NCBI GenBank assembly: GCA_964016885.1
Contig: OZ024740.1
Span: forward strand, 339,512,001-339,576,000
Length of the DNA stretch: 64,000 nucleotides
Reading direction: 5' to 3'
Origin: Eledone cirrhosa
Lineage: Eukaryota
The translations under genes and the position numbers were made by a program. Shown piece after piece: positions 23,239 to 37,878 of the stretch (position 1 is its first letter; the number at the start of each line of letters is the position of its first letter). Under the pieces are notes generated by a model that was given only the letters and a program-made list of their open reading frames with translations, did not search any database and was not told the DNA's origin.

Positions 23239-25343
23239 TTTATTATTTAAATAATAAGATCCAAACACATATATAAATGCCATGACAAGCAGAATAATAT
23301 AAGAAAATTAAAAATAAATCTATGTAGGAATAACTAAAGTTTATAAGCCTTGCTGTGAAACTTTAAAAAAATCTAAAAATAATGTTCTTTTTGTACATAA
23401 AAAAAAACATCAAAGATTGTTTTTACAAGTTTCATAGCTAATTGACCAACCATCAAAATACAATTCTTTATATCCTTCAGCCAGATCATCATCATTATCG
23501 TTTAATGTTCATTTTCCATGCTAGCATGGATAGAACAGGTTATCCTGTTGTGAGAAATCCAGGTCAAAGGACTGTTTTGCTTACACAGAACAAATTTTGG
23601 CTTGGTTTCTATGGTTGGATGCCCTTCCTAACACTAACCAGATGTCTTTAAAATGTCATAATGAGGCTTATAAACTGCAGTTATACCTACCTTAAATTTA
23701 TCATAGATTTTCTGATATATGACATATTTCTATTTACCAAATTGAACTAGTAAGGCATTGGTTGGTCTGAAACTATATTATAAAACACATGTACAAGGTG
23801 CCATTCAGTGAAATGAAATCCTGTGAACCTTTTAACAACTTGTCCGTGCCTACATCTATGCCTGTCTTTATGCAAGATTGACAGAATCAGTAAAGTGATA
23901 GACAAAATACCTTGTACTATTTAGTTGTGTCTCTTTACAATCTGAGTTAAAATCTCATCATGGTTGACTTTACCTTTCATCCTTTTTGTTTTGACAAAAT
24001 ATAGTACCTATGAAGAACTTTACTTTACCACAAAATGTGAGGCTTTATTCTAATGTTAGTAATACATATTTTCATTGTTAGTCAAGGCTATATTGAACTT
24101 TTCGCTTTTGAAGTTATAACTAGATCTATAAATAAAATGGTTGTTGTTGTTTAACTATAAGGTGAGCCGTGACTGAGCAAACCAATGATCCTATCTTTTT
24201 CCTATGTGTGGGTAACCTTGGATGACAACATTATCCAATGTGTCCTGTTTTAAGATGGTAGGGCATGATTTTGCATGATTTAGCTGCTATTTCTAGCAAT
24301 TGAGCAATCACATAGCAGAAATGGTACTTTCATTGGTTGGCTTATAAATAAAGGGTTTGTAGAAATAGGTGAAAAGTTCATATTCTCTACAGTTTAGTTT
24401 TCTCCCAGTAACCTTAATATAAATAGTAACTGACATTATCTCTCCTGTTCTTCTTGATCACTTATCATTTCTTCCAAACTCTGTCTATTGGGGATTGGTA
24501 CTTTGATGATAGCAAATTGCTAAATGGAAATAATATAACTTCATTACTTTACTTTCTTTCACAGCTTAAGTACTAATCACACATGTACTCACACACACAC
24601 AAGCCCATGTGTATTTGAACACACACATGTACTCAACACACACAAGCCCATGTGTATTTGAACACACACTTGTACAAATATATAAATAAATAAACACACA
24701 CTCCCTAAAGCCACACTCTTTCTCCTTCCCTATTTCTCATTCTCTTTCTCTCCCTCCTTTCTCTCTCTCCCTATCTCTATATCTCTTTAGCTATCTATCT
24801 GTTTACATAACCAATGCTGTACTGCCCTACTGACCTCATGGCTATAAATACAACATTTCATGAATCTTCAGCAAAGCAAGCTTCTGCATAGTCACTTGAC
24901 CTGCTAAAAACAGCAGACAAATTACCCTCAAATCACACATTACCATCTTTAAAAAGGAAGAACACATTAGATAATATAACCCTAGATATTCTATATCTGT
25001 CTGAGAAGATATATGGTGTGGTCACGTATGGAACACATTGGATACTTTTGATAGATTTGAGCTGGGGTTTAACCATAACAACAATTTCAAGATATAAAAT
25101 AAATGAACTCTTCTTAGATGAGAAGCCACTTCATTTTAGTGAACATTCTCAAATGATCTGTTGCATATATTTCACCACTGAGTGAACTAAGGCAATAAAG
25201 AAATTTAATTATACTTCCCAGATACATAATAAAATTTACCTTCATTGGATTTGAACTTACTGCCCATATATTAGTAGTTGTATACCATCGCTATTCTACC
25301 ACTTCACTTCTACATCATCATTTCTACATGCTTCAAGGAGACT

Positions 25344-25557
25344 TTAACCCTTTAACCCTGGCCATATCCGACCAGAATTCTCTCACCTCTTTCTGTTCAA
25401 ACTAACCACTAATACTGATGTTAAGGTATTGTTCTCAAAATAAATAATATCAAAATCTCATAGATTCTTTGTTATGTGAGATAATTATGTGAGATAAAAC
25501 CTTTGCCACAAAAAATATAATAGTATATATAGAGTAATGTAAATGCTAATGGGTTAA
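25344..25557 (-). mobile_element. piggyBac-type MITE, inverted copy of 20495-20723
   Basis: Shared interior (gaattctctcacctctttctgttcaaac) and TTAA ends. Confidence 0.7.
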
Positions 25558-25885
25558 GGGAGTGTTTATTATATTGTATCTAAAAACTAAAGCTCCAATC
25601 AAATCGAGGGTAAGTGATTATAGATCAGCTTTAGATGGTAATAATGATTTGTACAATTGTTAGATCATTGGACAATTTTATCAGATATATATAGTTATGG
25701 TCTTATGTTCTAAGTTGAAATCACACCATGATCAACTTCACTTTCATTCCTCCATGGTTGATAAAATAAAGTACCAGTCAAGTAGTGGGATCAATTTAAT
25801 CAACTAATAATGATCTCCCTCATTGCTTCAAGCAAAGGACTATAGTAAGAATCCCAAACAAATCTTCTTAGCATTGTTTGAACTT

Positions 25886-26236
25886 TAACACATTGATACC
25901 AAACCACCTGAAACTGCCTCTGGTTCTATGATACTAAATTGTTTTATTTTATAAAGCATTTATATTCATCTGAAAAAACCTTTCATCATAGTTTTATGTA
26001 AAAATGTTTCTTACTTTATGTTCTGAAAAATGAAAAAGGAAGGGTGCCAGTCGTTCAAGAAAACTATTTTCATTGGTTTTCCCATTGCTGCATCATCTGT
26101 TAGTCATAACTTATGACAGAAGTTATGTTCCAAACACCAATTTAATAATGAGAACATTAATTATATTACTAAATGTTTCTAACTTCTTGGTTATTTTCAA
26201 AGTGATTTCATTAGAAATATGGTAATTAAAAGGTTA
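25886..26236. mobile_element. Second decayed TTAA-type MITE family (related copy ~20205-20431)
   Basis: Shared blocks tggttctatgat, ttaataatgagaa and ttagaaatat.gtaat.aaag.g.ta. Confidence 0.4.
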
Positions 26237-27479
26237 TGGGCAGATGAAAGTGTAACTACAGCAGCCACAGTATTCCTGTGAGGAGTGGGGATTACAGCTA
26301 TTATTAGCTTAGAAAGTCATACTGTCAATTGCAAATGCAATTTGCATTAGACATTAGAAGAAGAATCAAATACTGGGGTCAATTCATATTCCTATAATGT
26401 CTCCTAGATCTGATTATTTATTTTTTTTACTAATGTGCATGTGTATGTATGTGTGTGTTGAAAGCGAGAGGGGGGCTGAGAGAGAAAGTGGGAGGGCATA
26501 TTTTTCAAAAGAGAAGCCAGGCCTGAAAGCTTGCAACTGAGTCAATGCTGCTAAAAACATCCTAAGACTAGGTAGTGGTGTTAAAGAAGGCAATGAATTA
26601 AGTTTGCATTCCAAATAGGCCATAGTGGGATTTGAGCTCAAAATACTGGGAGCCAGAACAAATACTGCTAAACATTTCATCCAATGCTCTAAATATTCTG
26701 CCAACCCATCACCCTGGTCCAATACTTTACTTTATTGACCCTGAAAAGATGAAATTTAAAGTTGTTAAAGACTAACTAGGCACTGTAAAGTTCTTGTATG
26801 AAAGGTAGTTGTTTTTAATCTACCTTAAATATACCACAACAAACAAGAGTATTTATGGTAAAGCTTATGAAATAATCTATGATGATAAATGACTGCAATT
26901 TAATTTCTATTTGCTAATGTGTAAATCTACTAGAGTCTAAAGCTGATTTAATCCTACTTAGAGTTCCTAACAAATTTATTAATGGAATAGCTAAAATGGT
27001 AGGATGAAAAAACAACATTGAACCATTGATGTTGTACTAAATATAGAAACCAAAGAAAGCTTCTTCATTAATAATTGACCTTTTGGGCATTAGTTAATAT
27101 TTGATACTTAAGACTTACTACTACTGCTCCACATTCGAAGTGGCTAGAATCCAAGTAAAACACTTCGATAGTTCAATACTTGCTTCAATTTTGTTCACGC
27201 CTATATCTATTTAGTTTCATTTGTTGGCGAGGTTTTGACACGTTTAAAGCACCTGTTGCTATACCATTACTATATGTCTCATATATTTGCACTTATACAT
27301 ACTAACATACACCTATGTATGTGTGTGTATATGATTGTTTACATGCATGTATGTTTGTAAGTGAAAGATAGACGGGAGTAATTATTCATTTTATTTCTCA
27401 TGAAGGGCTGTAAATAATTTACAGTACAAATTAGTTGCATGCAAAGATTTACTACAAGATCTGATAAATAGCTTATGAC

Positions 27480-27900
27480 AATTGATCTATCTTATGATCT
27501 ATAGTATATCTAGAAGTCTGAAATCTCTCTTCTGGCCTGTGATTTATCTTATGACCTGATCTATCTTATAACATGCTCTATCTTATGACTTACGATCTCT
27601 CTTATGACCTATGATCTACCTTATGTTTTGTGATCTAGCTTATCACCTGTGGGCTATTTTATGACTTGCAATTTGTCTTATGACTTACATTTTGTCTAAT
27701 GACTTATGATCTATCTTAATACCTGTAATCTGTCTCATGTCCTGTGATCTATTCTATAGTTAGCAATCTATCTTATTTATAGACTTTCTTATGATCTCTT
27801 ATGACATGATCTATATAATGGCCAGTGATCTGTCTTACGACTTGTTTTCTATCTTATAACCTTTTTGTTATGCTCTATCTTATAACCTCTGACCTATGAT
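27480..27900. repeat. Degenerate ~19-20 bp minisatellite (tgatctatcttatgacc-like)
   Basis: Repeated gatctatcttat motifs. Confidence 0.75.
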
Positions 27901-28249
27901 CCAAGTATGCCACTGCAAGATTTGAACTCCAAATGCAAAGAGCCAGAACAAATACCACAAGGCATCTTGTCTGATACTCCAACACTTCTACTAAAGCACC
28001 ACCCTAAACTGGTATTTTGTTATCAACCTCAAAAGGATGAAAGATAAAGTTGACCTTGGAAGGATTATAGAATCTTTGCTAATTAGTCACATGGACCTTT
28101 GGGGTTGGTGCGGTCTTGAATATTACCTGTATCTTTATTATCATTATTTCCCTTGTCTGCATGAATTGGATGGGTCAATAAAACATGTCTTACTTTTACA
28201 TCCTAGTTTTTCTATGCTTACTACTGCTAGATGCTCTTCCTAATACCAA

Positions 28250-28660
28250 CCACTTAGACTAGCACTACTACTGTACAGGGTGTAACGGGTGTATTTTATC
28301 ATCATCACCTGCACTACTACTTCACAAAGTATAATAGGTGCATTTTATCGTGGCTCCAGCCAACCCAGTATTTTTATTTCACAGACTGTACTGGGTGTAT
28401 TTTATCAAGTCTCTAATACCACAACTTTAGAGAATGTACTGGGTCCTTTTTATCATAACTCCGGTACTACAACTTCACAGACTGTACTTCGTGCATTTTA
28501 TCATGGCACCAGTACTACCATTTCACATAGTGTATTGGGTGCATTTAATCATAACTCCAGTACTACAACTTCACAGACTGTACTTGGTACATTTCATCAT
28601 GGCACTGGCACTACTGTTTCACTTAGTGTACTGAGTGCATTTTATCATGGCACTTGTAGA
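28250..28660. repeat. 48-bp minisatellite (~8 units, 96-bp higher-order pattern)
   Basis: acagactgtact recurs at 28381, 28477 and 28573. The translation shows 16-aa periodicity. Confidence 0.85.
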
Positions 28661-29527
28661 TTTATATGTTAACTGCACCCCTATTCTCCTGTTCCAATCT
28701 GCAATGAACTGTAAAAGCTATGAAAATTACCCTCTACCTCTGATATTACTTCACTTTATTTCACATACAATGATGATGATTTCAGTTTTATTTAAAACTT
28801 ACTTCCTATACATTCACTGTTTTATTGTTGTGTAACCATCTTATTATATATCATAATTGTTTTCTCTGCTGAAAATGTTTGCTAGACAATAAAAGACTAT
28901 TACACAATTTAATCTCCAAAATAATAGAAGGTGATATTTTTCACAACCGATGCACTGATATCAACATCCTTTCAGTTTTTTTTGTAAATCTATTTTTTAT
29001 TTATTTAATATTGATATGGAGTTCTTTTGTATTGTATACATTCATTGGAAGTGAAGCATATGTAATATCTTGATATCTTGCAACAGACCAAACAATACTG
29101 ATGATACAGATGAATGCCATAAAAGTTCATTTTGTTGTTGTTGTTAATGTTCTGACACTATTGTTGTTGTCATAAAGGAAATAGTCTGTTATTTGAGTAG
29201 TGTCACTGACTGATGGTGTTTTATCATATCGGTACGAGATCTTGTTATCTTTTACTTCCACCAAACCAAATGTATTCTTCCACTGCCCATGGCAAAATCA
29301 ATAACTAAGAATAAATGCAGTGACATGCACTAAATTACCAGGTGCACATAGATAGATTTTAATTAATGTGCTCAATTGTGGGTTCAAAGTATCTGGTAGT
29401 TCTCCCTCTGCTTTTCATTTTTTTTTGTTTTTATTTTTGTCTGTACTGATGTTATTGAAATAAAATAATTAAAGAAAAAGTTAATCTACTTTCAGACATT
29501 TCACCACCATGTCTAGTGTTTTATTTA

Positions 29528-29960
29528 GTGGTGGTGGTGGTGGTGGTGGTGGAGATGGTGGTGGTGGAGATGGTGGTGGTGGTGGTGGTGGTGGTAATAG
29601 TGGCAGAAGTTGTGATGATGATAGGACTAGTCACAGTAGTGGTGGTTGTGGTAGCGGCAGTAGTGGTGGGGGTGATGGTGATGGTTTTTGATGTGGTGGT
29701 GGTGGTAGAAGTTGTGATGATGATAGTACTAGTCAGAGTAGTGGTGGTGGTGGTAATGGTGGTGGAGATGGTGGTGGTGGTGGTGGTAGTAGTGGCAGAA
29801 GTTGCGATGATGATAGGACTAGTCACAGTAGTGGTGGTTGTGGTAGCGGCAGTAGTGGTGGGGTGATGGTGGTGGTGGTGGTAGAAGATGTGATGATAGT
29901 AGTTCTAATTGCAGTTGTGATGATCATGGTGATCACGGTGGTTGTTGTGGTGGAGCAGTT
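29528..29960. repeat. (GGT)n low-complexity tract with an internal duplicated block
   Basis: gatgataggactagtcacagtagtggtggttgtggtagcggcagtagtggtggggtgatgg occurs twice. Confidence 0.85.
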
Positions 29961-30486
29961 GTATGTATGGGGTGGGGATAACGGAAGGATTATATCATTT
30001 TAATTTCATGTTATTCACAAAGTGAGACTGATATAGTCATCGTCAAGCCTGCGTATGTGTGCATTTACACACTGTTTTCCATATGTGTGCATGTGTATGT
30101 CTGTATATGTGCATTCACATGCAGCTTGATATACGTGTATACATTTTGATACCACTCCATATGGGCATGAGTGTGTGTTTGTGTGTGTGTATGTGTTTGT
30201 GTGCATTCACATATAGGTTCTATGTGTTTGTACATTCTTATTACTTTGTGTGTATATATATATCCTTGTGTGAGCTTTCCTATATTGCATTGTGTGTGTG
30301 TGTGTGTGCTTTCACATATTACCTCATATATATATATGTGTATGCATCTTTATGAGACTATATACATATATATATCTAAACCCTTGCCAGTAAGGAGAAG
30401 CAGGTGTAAATTGATTTTATATGTATGCGTACATGTCTTTATATATAAATATATATATATAAAGACATGCACATGATATATATATA

Positions 30487-30543
<57 letters not shown>

Positions 30544-30624
30544 TATGTATATTATGTATGAAATAAAGTACCAGTAATGCACTGGGTAATTGCTGGCCTT
30601 GTGCCTAAAGTAGAAACAATTATG

Positions 30625-31723
30625 TATGGGTACATTAAAGATGTAGTGGGATCACAGGTAAACTATCTAAGAACGTAGACTTTATATGTGGCCGATGCTC
30701 GGGTGCAATAAGTAGCAAGTGTCCACAGGATACTAGCCCCTTCTACTGCCCAGATGGTTCTATAGAAATAGTAGACACTTTCTGTTACCTGGGTGACGAA
30801 ATCAGCAGTGGTGGAGGGTGTTCTGAAAGTATAGTAGCCAGAGTCAAAACGGGATGGAAAAGGTTCAGAGAGCTTATACCGCTGTTGGCCACAAAAGGTT
30901 TCTCTCTAAAAATGAAAGGCAGACTGTATGATGCCTGTATACAAACAGCAATGCTACATGGCAGTGAGACATGGGCATTACGTGCAGAGGACCTGCGTTG
31001 ACTGGAGAGGAACGAAGTATGCATGCTCCGCCGGATGTGTAATAGTAATATACGTGAACGGCAAAGTATAAATGAACTAACTGAGAAATTAGGAATAAGA
31101 GGGATCAAATGCTGTTTACTTGAGAGAAGACTACGTTGGTATGGCCACGTGATGCGCATGGAAGACGACAGCTGTATAAAAAAGTGCAGGGCGATTAAAA
31201 TTGATGGTAGTTACGGAGTAGGTAGACCCAGAAAAACCTGGGATGATCTGCTAAATTCCGACCTTACACACTTGCACCTCTCTAAGACAATGTCACTGGA
31301 CCGAGATCTTTGGTGCTACGCAGTAATACAGAAAACCCGCCTTGCCTATGTACAAAGCGAAACCTACAGCCAGTAGGCACCTCTTAACTAAATATACACC
31401 CCAATCTACTACCCCTACCCTATCCTCCCATTCCCACCAACACCACCTCCTCTCTATAAAGTTGGTACCACAAAATCCAGTCCAAATAAATGAGATAAAT
31501 GAGATCGAGATCGAGATTGTGTAGGTAGCACGGTAAAAAGTTCCCAGTTCCACACTGTAAATGTGGTTGGTGTTAGGAAGGGCATCCAGCTGTAGAAAAC
31601 CTGCCAGATAATCCTATATGAGCGAGACACGGTCACCCGACCAACCTTGCCTCAAGTGGGACAACTCCCGTCTAACCCATGCTAGCGTGGAAAGTGGACA
31701 TTAAACGAGGATGATGATGATGA
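30625..31723 (+). mobile_element. 5'-truncated RTE family B copy
   Basis: Colinear with 12384-13435, with frameshifts/stops and a (gat)n tail. Confidence 0.9.
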
Positions 31724-31739
31724 TATATATATATATATA

Positions 31740-32057
31740 TCATCATCATCATCATTTTATGTCCACTTTTCCCTGCTTGCAAGGATGGGACAGGAACTGA
31801 TTCTGGCTTGATTTCTACAGCTGGATGCCCTTCCTAACACCAACCTCATTTACAGTGAGTGCTGGGTGCTTTTTTTCCATGGCACCTCCACGTCCACTTT
31901 GCAGTGGAATGATAGGGACCCCTGTCCTATCATCTCATTTCTACAGCTGTGTAAACTGGAGCAATGTGAAATATAGTGTCTTGCTCAAGGAAACAACACA
32001 TCACCCGGTCTGAGAATTGAACTCACAACCTTTCGATTGCAAGGCCAATGCTCTAAC

Positions 32058-32061
<4 letters not shown>
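31740..32061 (-). mobile_element. tRNA-derived SINE, same family
   Basis: Colinear high similarity to 7219-7539, flanked by (TA)n. Confidence 0.85.
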
Positions 32062-32111
<50 letters not shown>

Positions 32112-32235
32112 AAAAGAATATTAATTTATTTACTTTACCAGTTTCACAGTTGATTTTCAAAAGTAAAATTGAGATGGAGGGTTTGTGTTTCTGTTGGGGT
32201 TTATCTCTGAGACAACAATATATATATATATGTAT

Positions 32236-32400
32236 TCAAGAGGATGCCGAAAAGTTCCTGGCTTTGGGTAAAAGAAAATACAGGAGGATCAGTTAATTAT
32301 GATTTTATTCAACATTTCCCCTCTCAGTTTCACACACTTACTGCAGCGATTCTTCAGAAGAAGCTTGTCATGATGTCTGCATGGGTAAGCTCTGCTTTGG
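32236..32400. mobile_element. Mariner-like transposon terminal fragment
   Basis: gaggatgccgaaaagttcctggct resembles a mariner TIR, followed by ttattcaacat..cccctct..cacacactta.tgcagcg typical of mariner ends (recognition from memory). Confidence 0.45.
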
Positions 32401-32486
32401 TAGAGAAAATGGGCTTGAAACACTTGTTGATGTTGTAGTTTTATACATGCTAACTCGAAAGAGGTGCAGAAACTGCTTCATTATTA

Positions 32487-32628
32487 TTGTGAGAGATAGA
32501 CATAAATATATATGATATCAATGCTGCATCATGTTGTGAGAGATAGACATAAATATATATGATATCAATGCTGCATCATGTTGTGAGAGATAGACATAAA
32601 TATATATGATATCAATGCTGCATCATGT
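32487..32628. repeat. Perfect 47-bp tandem repeat x3
   Basis: gagagatagac at 32491, 32538 and 32585. Confidence 0.95.
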
Positions 32629-32936
32629 TTTAAATGATCAGAATAGTAAGTCTAGAGAGAAAAAAGCTAAGGAAAATAGAATATCCGTCTGAATAGTTGA
32701 GTTTCATACGATTCTGGTAACATATTGGTCATTTCATACCAGATAAATTTTAAGCTAAACTGTAGCACTCACCTTGTCAATATGTACATGCCAATATTCC
32801 TCAAGAATAGTCTTAGTTGACTTTGGTGTCATTTTTGAAATGACAATTGCTTTTGTAAGGTAACAGGTCAGTATGAGGGATACTGAACTCATTAATGATG
32901 GCTTGAAATACCTTTTCCTTCACTCTTATATATATA

Positions 32937-32978
<42 letters not shown>

Positions 32979-33032
32979 AATGATAGATGTTAAATAGTGA
33001 TTATAGTAACACACCACACACACGCACACACC

Positions 33033-33077
<45 letters not shown>

Positions 33078-33485
33078 ATTGGTGGTCTGAAAAAGCAGTA
33101 GATATATGAATGTACGTGTACATTCATATGTCTATCACTATTTCAAGCACCAATATAATTTTGAATTGATGCTGGGCCGGCAACCGCTCTGTATGCAAAT
33201 GAGTTTCAACCACTCATAAACATAGTCGGAATTCTATAAGAATGCAGCTTAGTAAGTTTTAGTAAATGTGGAGGAATATGTTCTCTTGATAACCACTAAT
33301 AAGTGAGAAATTGTGGCATTGTTGATTACTTCCCCCTGCCTTTGCTGAAGGTAGGTGACGTTTGTCATTACCTTTAAATTCATAACAAAAGGCCATGAAA
33401 ATGTTTTTTTAAATAAACATACCGTATATTGTTAAGTATTAAAACCATACATATATATATATATGTGTGTGCATGCGTGTGTGTG

Positions 33486-33685
33486 AGTCCCTGGTTCAAT
33501 CAGGGCTGGCCACAGTAAGTAAGGTACTCAATACATTAGTAGAGTATATACAAAATTTAATATAGAAATGGCTTCTACAGGACTAGAACTGTTTCATTCG
33601 AAGGAAATCATCAGGAAATTTCTTTTGAATGAAACAGTTTTAGTACTGTACAAACCATTTCTATATTAAATTTTGTGTATTTTGT
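33486..33685 (-). mobile_element. Short fold-back Penelope-like remnant
   Basis: Inverted arms around ~33615. Same family as 37675-37878 in the opposite orientation. Confidence 0.6.
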
Positions 33686-34751
33686 GAATATATATATATA
33701 TATATATATATAAGAAAATGTAGGAAACCCAAATGAAGAAAATAGCTGTGACAAATAGTCTATTGCTATAAATGAAAGCTTCAAAAGCTGGCTAAAGTAT
33801 TCTTGTGTCAAAAGGTATTGGGCCAGAGTTTGAGATATGGGGTTTGGTTCTCTATAGTAAGTGCTGTTCACTTTTGTCCATAGGGGTATTTTACTTAATT
33901 TTCTAAGATATTATTTATAGCAATAGACTGTTGTAACACACATTTTCTGCTTTTGGGATTCCTACATGTTCTAAAGAATTTCAAATTACCCAACCGTTTT
34001 CCCTGTAATATATATACATACATATGTGTGTGTATATATATGTATATATATACAAACACAGATTATGTATATGTATACATATATGAATATCATTATATTA
34101 CTGAGTGTCAGGATATGTGTGGGATAGTATGTGATATTGTATGTTTCAAAGTGTAGAGAATAGAATTTCAAAGAATTTCTATCTTCCTAAGCTGACTGGC
34201 CCATTAGAGAAAAGTGTGATACGTAGGGAATTACATCTAACTACACACCACATATAACATATATCTCATAAACATATACACATATATCTCTCCTCCATTG
34301 CGCATCACTTTCCATGTTATAGAAAACCTTTTGTTTGACAGCTGAGTAGTTATTTAATTTATGATATATGTATGTGTTTATATGTATATATATATATGTG
34401 TATGTATGTGTGAATATATATATATGTAGGATATATACATATATCACATACAAATGCACACATACATACAAATACACACACATATATATGTATGTGTGTA
34501 TCATCAATATATATATATTTATATGTATATATGTATATATATATATGTATGTATATATACATGAGTATGTATATATATATATGAGTGTTTATATATATGA
34601 GTGTTTATATATATATGTGTGTATATATATATATTTATATGTATATACATGTATATATTTATATATGTGTGTATATATATGTATATGTATATTTATATAT
34701 GTGTGTGTGTGTATATATATATATGTGAGTGTATATTTATGTGTGTATACC

Positions 34752-34796
<45 letters not shown>

Positions 34797-34918
34797 ATCG
34801 CCTTACCCATGCTAGCATGGAAAATGGACGTTAAACGATGATGATGATGATATTTGTTTATATATGTATATATACATATATATTTATATACATATATATT
34901 TACATATATATTTATATA

Positions 34919-34961
<43 letters not shown>

Positions 34962-35250
34962 TACACACACACACACATACCCGGGTGTGTATGTACTGCT
35001 ATTAGATGTAATTAATATACAGATTTTCAAATATTTTAGCAGAAATCAAATAAGCTTCTCTTTCGGAGTATGGCATATATTTATCAGATAGTGAAGTTAG
35101 CATGATATTGTAGTTCATACTACACACAGACACTCACGCACACATGCATTGAATGCATATGTATATATATAATATAAATACACATATATATATACACACA
35201 TATATACATATACACATATATATATATACACATATATATATATATATAAT

Positions 35251-35589
35251 ATCATCATCATCATCATCATTTCATTTTACGTCCACTTTTTCCCTGCTTG
35301 CAAGGGTGGGACGGGAACTGATTTTGGCTTGATTTCTACAGCTGGATGCCCTTCCTAACACCAACCTCATTTACAGTGAGTGCTGGGTGCTTTTTTGCCG
35401 TGGCACCTCCACGACCACTTTGCAGTGGAATGATATGGACCCCAGTCCCTATCATCTCATCTACAGCTGAGTAAACTGGAGCAATGTGAAATAAAGTGTC
35501 TTGAAAACAAAGAAACAACACATCACCCGGTCTGAGAATTGAACTCACAACCTTTCGATTGCAAGGCCAATGCTCTAACCACTAAGCCA
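35251..35589 (-). mobile_element. tRNA-derived SINE, same family, full length
   Basis: Head tggcttagtggttagagc, B box and (gat)n tail, lying in (TA)n. Confidence 0.85.
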
Positions 35590-37674
35590 TAAATATATAT
35601 AATAAATATACATATATATATATGCACATATATATATATAATATACATATATATATTTATATATATTTATGTGTGTATATATATATGTGTGTATATATAT
35701 ATGTGTGTAAATATATATATACATATATATATTTATTTATTTATTTATTTATTTAATTTTGTATTTTTTATTAAATTTAATTTTAATCCCATTGAAATAA
35801 ATGAATGTTCCAGCATTATCATTAACAATTGCCTTACATATTCCAGAAGCTAGAGGAAAAAATTAAAATAACAACAATAATAATACTTCTAAACTGATAT
35901 CAAGAACAACAACAACAACAACAATAATAACAACAATAAAAATCATGTTGATGACAATGATGATGAGGATGATGATATTCGTTTCAGGCTATATTCTCTT
36001 ATTTTTCTCTTATTAATAATTTACTTTATCACATTATAATTAAATGTGGGATTCCTGTTCTTTTTCTCCCCATTATTAAACAACATACCTGATAACTTTA
36101 ATTATAAAGACGACTTTAATTATAAAGATTGTCAACGGCTGCCTGTTCTGCTTCCTTATTATGCTCACTCTTTAGTTTGCTTAACTGATGAGCAAGATAA
36201 ATGTTTTTTTCAGATTTACAAGTTCTAATAACACTGGGTTGCTTAATCATAGTTTGGGAATGGAAATACTAGTTGCTGCTCAATCTACAAAAATATAATG
36301 AGCCTTCAAATATATGTGCCACTATACATTCTTGTTGATTGGCTATCTACATTATCTACATATATATTAGGACTGGTGCTAACACTAAGGATGGGACGTT
36401 TTGAGAAAATGTTTTACTGCTGGATACTCTTCCTTATGGCAACCCTTGTAATCGCATCTTACAACACACAGGGATACAGTAGATGTGTTTATTCGAAAAA
36501 ATGGAAGCCACCTGATATATTATATAATTAAATAAATATATAATCATTTCCTGTGATCAATCAATATCACTAATTACCTTAACCTCATAGAGGTATGGAA
36601 ATATTGAAAGCTGTGGAGATCATATTGTTATGATCTGTCACATGATTTGGTATGGGTGCATGTGTATTATGTAATGGGCAATGCAGACTAAGCTGTTTTC
36701 TTACTATGATCAATGCAAAAATTGTCAAAAACTAAGTTGGTCAGTTTGCAAAGTGTAGGTTGATATTATTTTATTTGGGGAAATAGATTACATAACTGGA
36801 AGAAGGGGTCACATTATACAAACTATTTAGTTTAGTTTTCAGATTTTTAAGTTCTAATAACTCCGGGTTGCTTAATCACAAGCTTGAAATGGAAATACTA
36901 GTTGCTGTTTATTCCTTGGAAGTGTAATGAGAAATGTAATGTTTGCCATCAACTTGGCACAATGCATTTTTATTGATTACCATCACATTAATGGTTCCCA
37001 ATCTCTCCACTACCATGGCACCCTTTTATATAAATGAAATTTCGACACTCACTACAGTTACTCGCCTCTCAGATCGTTATACAGTGAGAATACTAATCAA
37101 AAATATCAATGGTAGAGATGTGTGTGTAGAATAGCATGTATATGTTGTTTTCAGCAAATTACTTGCAATGTTGAACTTAGCTCACAGACCTCAATCTGAT
37201 CTATACATACATGCAATTATTCCACCATTGTTAGTAGTCTCCATCATAGAAAAATATTGCAACTTCTTTCTTTATATAGACAGACTTTAACAAACCTAGC
37301 CTAATGCCATCATTCTTTCTTTGAAGATATTGTTTATCTGACTACAATAGCAGACATAGTGATGCATAAATATGGAGGGAATGACCGAAGTGTAGGAGTT
37401 TTGATTAGAACTGGGCTATCTATGATTTAAGCCCCAAAGGAGATGTCCTCTTTTTGTTATCAACATATCAGCATTACATTGGTTGGTGGAGTTGTTGGTT
37501 TAGATCTTTTATTTATTTGTTCAAATCCTTATTTCAAAATCAATACGAAAACCAGCAGCAGCTTCGTTGTTGTCAGTTTTACATCCATTTTTTCCACTCC
37601 TAGCATGGATGAAACCTACTTGAGGCAATACTCTAAGGTCAAAGGTCTTTCCTGACACCAACGATATATATATA

Positions 37675-37878
37675 TAATATTTAATATAGAAATGGCTTCA
37701 ATGGCTTCTACAGGACTAGAACTGTTTCATTCAAAAGAAATCATCAGGAATGCCAACTGCTTTCGAATGAAATAGTTCTAGTCCTGTAGAAGCCATTTCT
37801 ATATTAAATATTGTATATACTCTACTATGTATTGAGTACCTTACATACTGTGGTTACCCCAGATTGAACCCAGGATAC
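37675..37878 (+). mobile_element. Short fold-back Penelope-like remnant
   Basis: Inverted arms tatagaaatggcttc...gaagccatttctata, hammerhead motif, attgagtacc sub-terminal motif. Confidence 0.6.
37703..37754 (-). ncRNA. Type I hammerhead ribozyme motif
   Basis: Minus strand ggcattc-CTGATGA-tttcttttgaat-GAAACAG-ttctagtc-CTGTA-gaagcc. Related copies at 33570-33617 (minus) and 38258-38300 (plus, partial). Confidence 0.62.

Noticed and set aside
29509-29866. Gly/Ser-, Val- or Thr-rich ORFs with a Kozak-like caccATG
   Set aside because: (GGT)n low complexity with frames open on both strands and no domain.
32487-32628. CRISPR-like array
   Set aside because: Head-to-tail tandem repeat without spacers, in a eukaryotic context.
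34241-35091. Numerous YIYIYI/VCVC/HTHT ORFs (also 2619-2877, 6897-7311, 39418-40897, 45196-45964, 56963-57278, 58718-59191)
   Set aside because: Translations of dinucleotide microsatellites.
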